This document shows, one piece after another, positions 26,063-28,579 of a stretch of 28,579 nucleotides of DNA; positions within the stretch are counted from its first letter, which is position 1; the number at the start of each line of letters is the position of its first letter. Origin of the DNA: a virus (lineage: Duplodnaviria > Caudoviricetes); the IMG/VR virus record IMGVR_UViG_3300029825_000038, positions 1-28,579 of that record, one strand, 5' to 3'. The notes under the pieces are model-generated. The model searched no databases, was not told the origin of the DNA, and worked only from the letters and a program-made list of their open reading frames with translations. Made by a program: the position numbers and the translations under genes.

Positions 26063-26508
26063 TGGCTCATGTTGGAACAACCCCGAATTTGGGGCTCCCC
26101 GTCTGGAATGGCGGGGACAAACCGGAAATGGCGGATTTTAACGACGCCTTTTCAAAGCTAGACGCCGACGGCGCGGCGATTTTATCGGGAACGGGGGATA
26201 ACTGGAACCGGGTTTTCAAGTTTGCGAATGGCCTTATGATTATTGTGTGGCAACAAACCTATCCCGCCGTTATCACTGAGGCCTACGGTTCAATTTTCCA
26301 TAACGCGATTACCCGAAGTTTTCCGCAGGCTTTCACCGAACGGCCCTTCGCCTCCGTCAATGTAATGTCGCCCGGTATGGTTTGGACGACGATGAAGGCC
26401 GCCGGAATACAGCCGAACAAGATAGATTTCAATTTGATTTCCCCGATTGCTGTTTCTTCCGCGCTTACAGTTTCGGAAATCGGAATTGCGATTGGGCGCT
26501 GGAAATAA
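26062..26508 (+). CDS. Short tail fibre / receptor-binding-like protein
   Basis: N-terminal TPNLGLP...D..DFNDAFSKLD anchor motif joined to a gp53-like C-terminal domain (KFANGLMIIVW, FPQAF..P, IAIGRWK). Confidence 0.72.
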   Translation: MAHVGTTPNLGLPVWNGGDKPEMADFNDAFSKLDADGAAILSGTGDNWNRVFKFANGLMIIVWQQTYPAVITEAYGSIFHNAITRSFPQAFTERPFASVNVMSPGMVWTTMKAAGIQPNKIDFNLISPIAVSSALTVSEIGIAIGRWK

Positions 26509-26524
26509 TAAGGGGGGTTTTATT

Positions 26525-27454
26525 ATGGCTTTCAAAATGACAGGCATTGACATTTCGTCTTATCAAGGCAACCCGGACTTTAGACAGGTTAAAGCGGCGG
26601 GATGGGATTTCGTTCTTCACAAGGTAACGGAAGGGCATACGTTCAAGGACCCACGGGCCGCACAGAATATCCCAGCGGCAAAAGCGGCGGGCCTACACGT
26701 TGGCGTTTATCACTTTATGCGAGCGCGGGATGAGGCGACGGCGGCGCAGGAAGCGGACTTCTTTATCGCCACGCTGAAACCGTTCCTTCCGCTGGATATG
26801 CCCGTTGCGCTTGACGTTGAAGGGTATAGCTTTTCCAGCGCTTTCACGCGCGACACACTTCGTAAATGCGCTATGGTAATTATAAACAAACTTCTTGCCG
26901 CTAATTTCTATGTTGTGCTTTACTGTAATAAGGACTATGCCGTCAATGTTTTCGACATTAAACAACGCCCGCGTGACTATGGTAGGGTTGGAATATGGTA
27001 TGCCTACCCAAACGGGAACGCGGGACTTGTGGACGACACGGGGCCGTTAGGCCGGGAAGCTGGAATTATCCAGTATTTCTGGAAAGGCAAAATCCCGGGA
27101 ATCGTTGGCGACGTTGACCTAGACGCGTCCCGGTATGATTATCCCGGCATTATCAAAGCACAGGGGCAGAACGGTTATACAAAACCGCCCGTTATCAAAA
27201 GCGATACTTCGGGCGTGTTGAAAATGGCAAAGAACGGCGTCTACCAGTTGAAAACAAACGGCCCCGAGGGCGTGAAAGTCGTATCCGGCAACAGCGCGGA
27301 CGCGATTGTAATTCCCCGGAAGCATCGGGAGGGGGACGCCGATTATTGGTTCATTGTCGCCGTGGGCGACGTTGGAAGCGAATGCGGCATTTACGTTTCC
27401 GGGCCGGGCGTTGATAGTTTCCGCGCGTTCATCGTGCGAGTTGTCGGGAAGTAA
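26525..27454 (+). CDS. Endolysin, GH25 muramidase with C-terminal cell-wall-binding domain
   Basis: GIDISSYQG, KVTEG, GVYHF, ALDVE, GIVGDVDLD. ATG at 26525 after an AAGGGGGG RBS. Confidence 0.93.
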   Translation: MAFKMTGIDISSYQGNPDFRQVKAAGWDFVLHKVTEGHTFKDPRAAQNIPAAKAAGLHVGVYHFMRARDEATAAQEADFFIATLKPFLPLDMPVALDVEGYSFSSAFTRDTLRKCAMVIINKLLAANFYVVLYCNKDYAVNVFDIKQRPRDYGRVGIWYAYPNGNAGLVDDTGPLGREAGIIQYFWKGKIPGIVGDVDLDASRYDYPGIIKAQGQNGYTKPPVIKSDTSGVLKMAKNGVYQLKTNGPEGVKVVSGNSADAIVIPRKHREGDADYWFIVAVGDVGSECGIYVSGPGVDSFRAFIVRVVGK

Positions 27455-27468
27455 AGAGGGGTAACGAA

Positions 27469-27789
27469 ATGGAATGGTTTCTGAAAGAGTGGGCGGGCCT
27501 GATAATCACCGCCGTTTTTGGGGCCGTAGTTGCGGCGTTATCCCGACTCTTCAAACGGCAAAAGGCGGTTGGGGACGGGCTGATTGCTTTGCTCCATTCA
27601 GAAATCCGCCGGGAATACAAGGACTGCGAAGCGAAAGAATATGCTTCGATTCCTGATTTGGAAAACGTTGAAAATCTTTATAAGTCTTACCACGCTTTGG
27701 GCGGGAACGGCACTGGAACCGAACTTGTTGAACGCATTCGGAATATGCCGACTTCCCCGCCCGATATGAAAGGGGAATTAGTATCGTGA
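27469..27789 (+). CDS. Putative holin-like membrane protein
   Basis: N-terminal TM segment, then ALLH..I and Y..YHALGGNG.G, typical of Firmicute phage lysis-cassette proteins. Confidence 0.65.
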   Translation: MEWFLKEWAGLIITAVFGAVVAALSRLFKRQKAVGDGLIALLHSEIRREYKDCEAKEYASIPDLENVENLYKSYHALGGNGTGTELVERIRNMPTSPPDMKGELVS

Positions 27790-28241
27790 ATGAATTTTTT
27801 ACCGCGATTCAACCCGCGCTTGCAAGCGCCGCCGTCACTATCGTAACCGCTGTTGTCGCCGCTCTTGGCGCATACGCCGTAAAGTTTATCGCGGCGAAGC
27901 GTGACGAAGCCGTTTCCCGGCTGGGCTTGCTGGAATATCAGAGGAAATATGCCGCCGCAGAATCCGCGTGGAAAGCCGTTGACGAGTATTTCCGCATCAC
28001 GCCGACCGTTGTAAAGACCGTCGAAACCACAATGGAAAAATTCCGGGTTGAAATTAAAAAGGTTCTTCCCGGGGTTTCCGACACCGAAATTGACGCGTTG
28101 CGGCTGGCTGTTGCCGGGGCCGTCAACGCGGGCCGGGAAGCGATTTCCCCGCCCGTCACCGAAACCGCGCCGGATATGGTTTCCGCCGCGAACGGTAACG
28201 TTGAGGGGGTGAACGCGTCCGACACCACGGGCGCGGATTAA
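27786..28241 (+). CDS. Putative holin (LL-H-like, single N-terminal TM helix)
   Basis: GTG start overlapping the previous stop, hydrophobic residues about 10-32, then VDEYFRITP and IDALRLAVAGAVN. Last gene before a terminator. Confidence 0.6.
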   Translation: MNEFFTAIQPALASAAVTIVTAVVAALGAYAVKFIAAKRDEAVSRLGLLEYQRKYAAAESAWKAVDEYFRITPTVVKTVETTMEKFRVEIKKVLPGVSDTEIDALRLAVAGAVNAGREAISPPVTETAPDMVSAANGNVEGVNASDTTGAD

Positions 28242-28247
28242 GGACGC

Positions 28248-28277
28248 AAAGGCTCCGCCGAAAAGCGGGGCCTTTTT
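28248..28277 (+). terminator. Rho-independent terminator ending the late operon
   Basis: AAAGGCTCCGC-CGAAAA-GCGGGGCC stem-loop followed by TTTTT. Confidence 0.85.
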
Positions 28278-28315
28278 CCCGCTGAAATTTATTTTATCTT
28301 TTTCACGAAAGGTTG

Positions 28316-28344
28316 TTGACAAAACAAAAAGTGGCGCGTATAAT
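28316..28344 (+). promoter_or_regulatory. Consensus sigma70/sigmaA early promoter (TTGACA-17 bp-TATAAT)
   Basis: TTGACA at 28316-28321 and TATAAT at 28339-28344, with an AT-rich upstream tract. Confidence 0.85.
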
Positions 28345-28378
28345 AAGGGTGTACCAAAAAAGAAAGGGGTTCTACATA

Positions 28379-28534
28379 ATGACCATTCAAATTCACAGAA
28401 ACCGCACCGCGATAACCCGCACGACCTTTTCGAAGCCCTACCGCCGGTTTGCAGCAGTACATAGACCAGCACAGCGGGCAAACATACCACAAGCAAGAGC
28501 CATCGCAACCACAGTACAGACGGAAACACGTTAA
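28379..28534 (+). CDS. Small basic hypothetical protein (51 aa), first gene of an early operon
   Basis: ATG at 28379 after a GAAAGGGG RBS, encoding MTIQIHRNRTAITRTTFSKPYRRF... The next gene starts at 28568 (AAGGAG RBS) and is cut off by the window end. Confidence 0.55.
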   Translation: MTIQIHRNRTAITRTTFSKPYRRFAAVHRPAQRANIPQARAIATTVQTETR

Positions 28535-28579
28535 TCCCGGGAGAATTTAAAAAGGAGTGACAAAAGCATGACCATCACA

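Larger units (their letters stand above)
1..28579 (+). mobile_element. Siphovirus-type bacteriophage/prophage genome segment (replication, packaging, head, tail, lysis modules)
   Basis: Co-oriented, tightly packed genes in canonical order: polA/primase/helicase, terminase, portal, MuF, scaffold, capsid, connectors, tail tube, tape measure, tail tip, endolysin, holins. No tail sheath and no host housekeeping genes. Confidence 0.97.

Noticed and set aside
26062-26508. Diversity-generating retroelement target in the fibre gene
   Set aside because: No reverse transcriptase and no adenine-variant TR/VR repeat pair was seen in the window.
306-28529. Numerous minus-strand and alternate-frame ORFs (e.g. 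17312-18085, 10782-11441, 27687-28529)
   Set aside because: They overlap well-supported plus-strand genes, lack recognisable motifs and are expected at this GC content.

Overview
The window is a contiguous, entirely plus-strand segment of a siphovirus-type phage or prophage genome, most likely infecting a clostridial Firmicute (Oscillospiraceae/Acutalibacteraceae inferred from the endolysin C-terminal domain). The order is: a replication module (DUF2800 Cas4-like nuclease, DUF2815 SSB, family A DNA polymerase with Leu at the 762-equivalent position, primase-VirE helicase, VRR-NUC, SNF2 helicase), a small nucleotide-metabolism operon (DUF5664 dATP/dGTP diphosphohydrolase and a DUF4406/NDT-like gene), an A118/SPP1-like head and tail module, lysis genes, and the start of a new early operon. 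No integrase or repressor lies in the window. Four features stand out. (1) The DUF5664 gene is frameshifted by a precise 34-bp repeat / 33-bp foreign hairpin / 34-bp repeat unit with the geometry of a single CRISPR spacer-integration event. (2) A TGTTGCC-iteron-rich, origin-like palindromic element occurs twice, 9,064 bp apart, with a 99-bp identical core and a 10-bp segment inverted between the copies. (3) A MuF minor head protein carries a C-terminal HExxH metallopeptidase and is followed by an unlisted 59-aa candidate immunity gene. (4) GATC and CCWGG are nearly absent, and ribosome-binding sites use G-runs instead of GGAGG. All family assignments come from motif recognition by eye, not from database searches.
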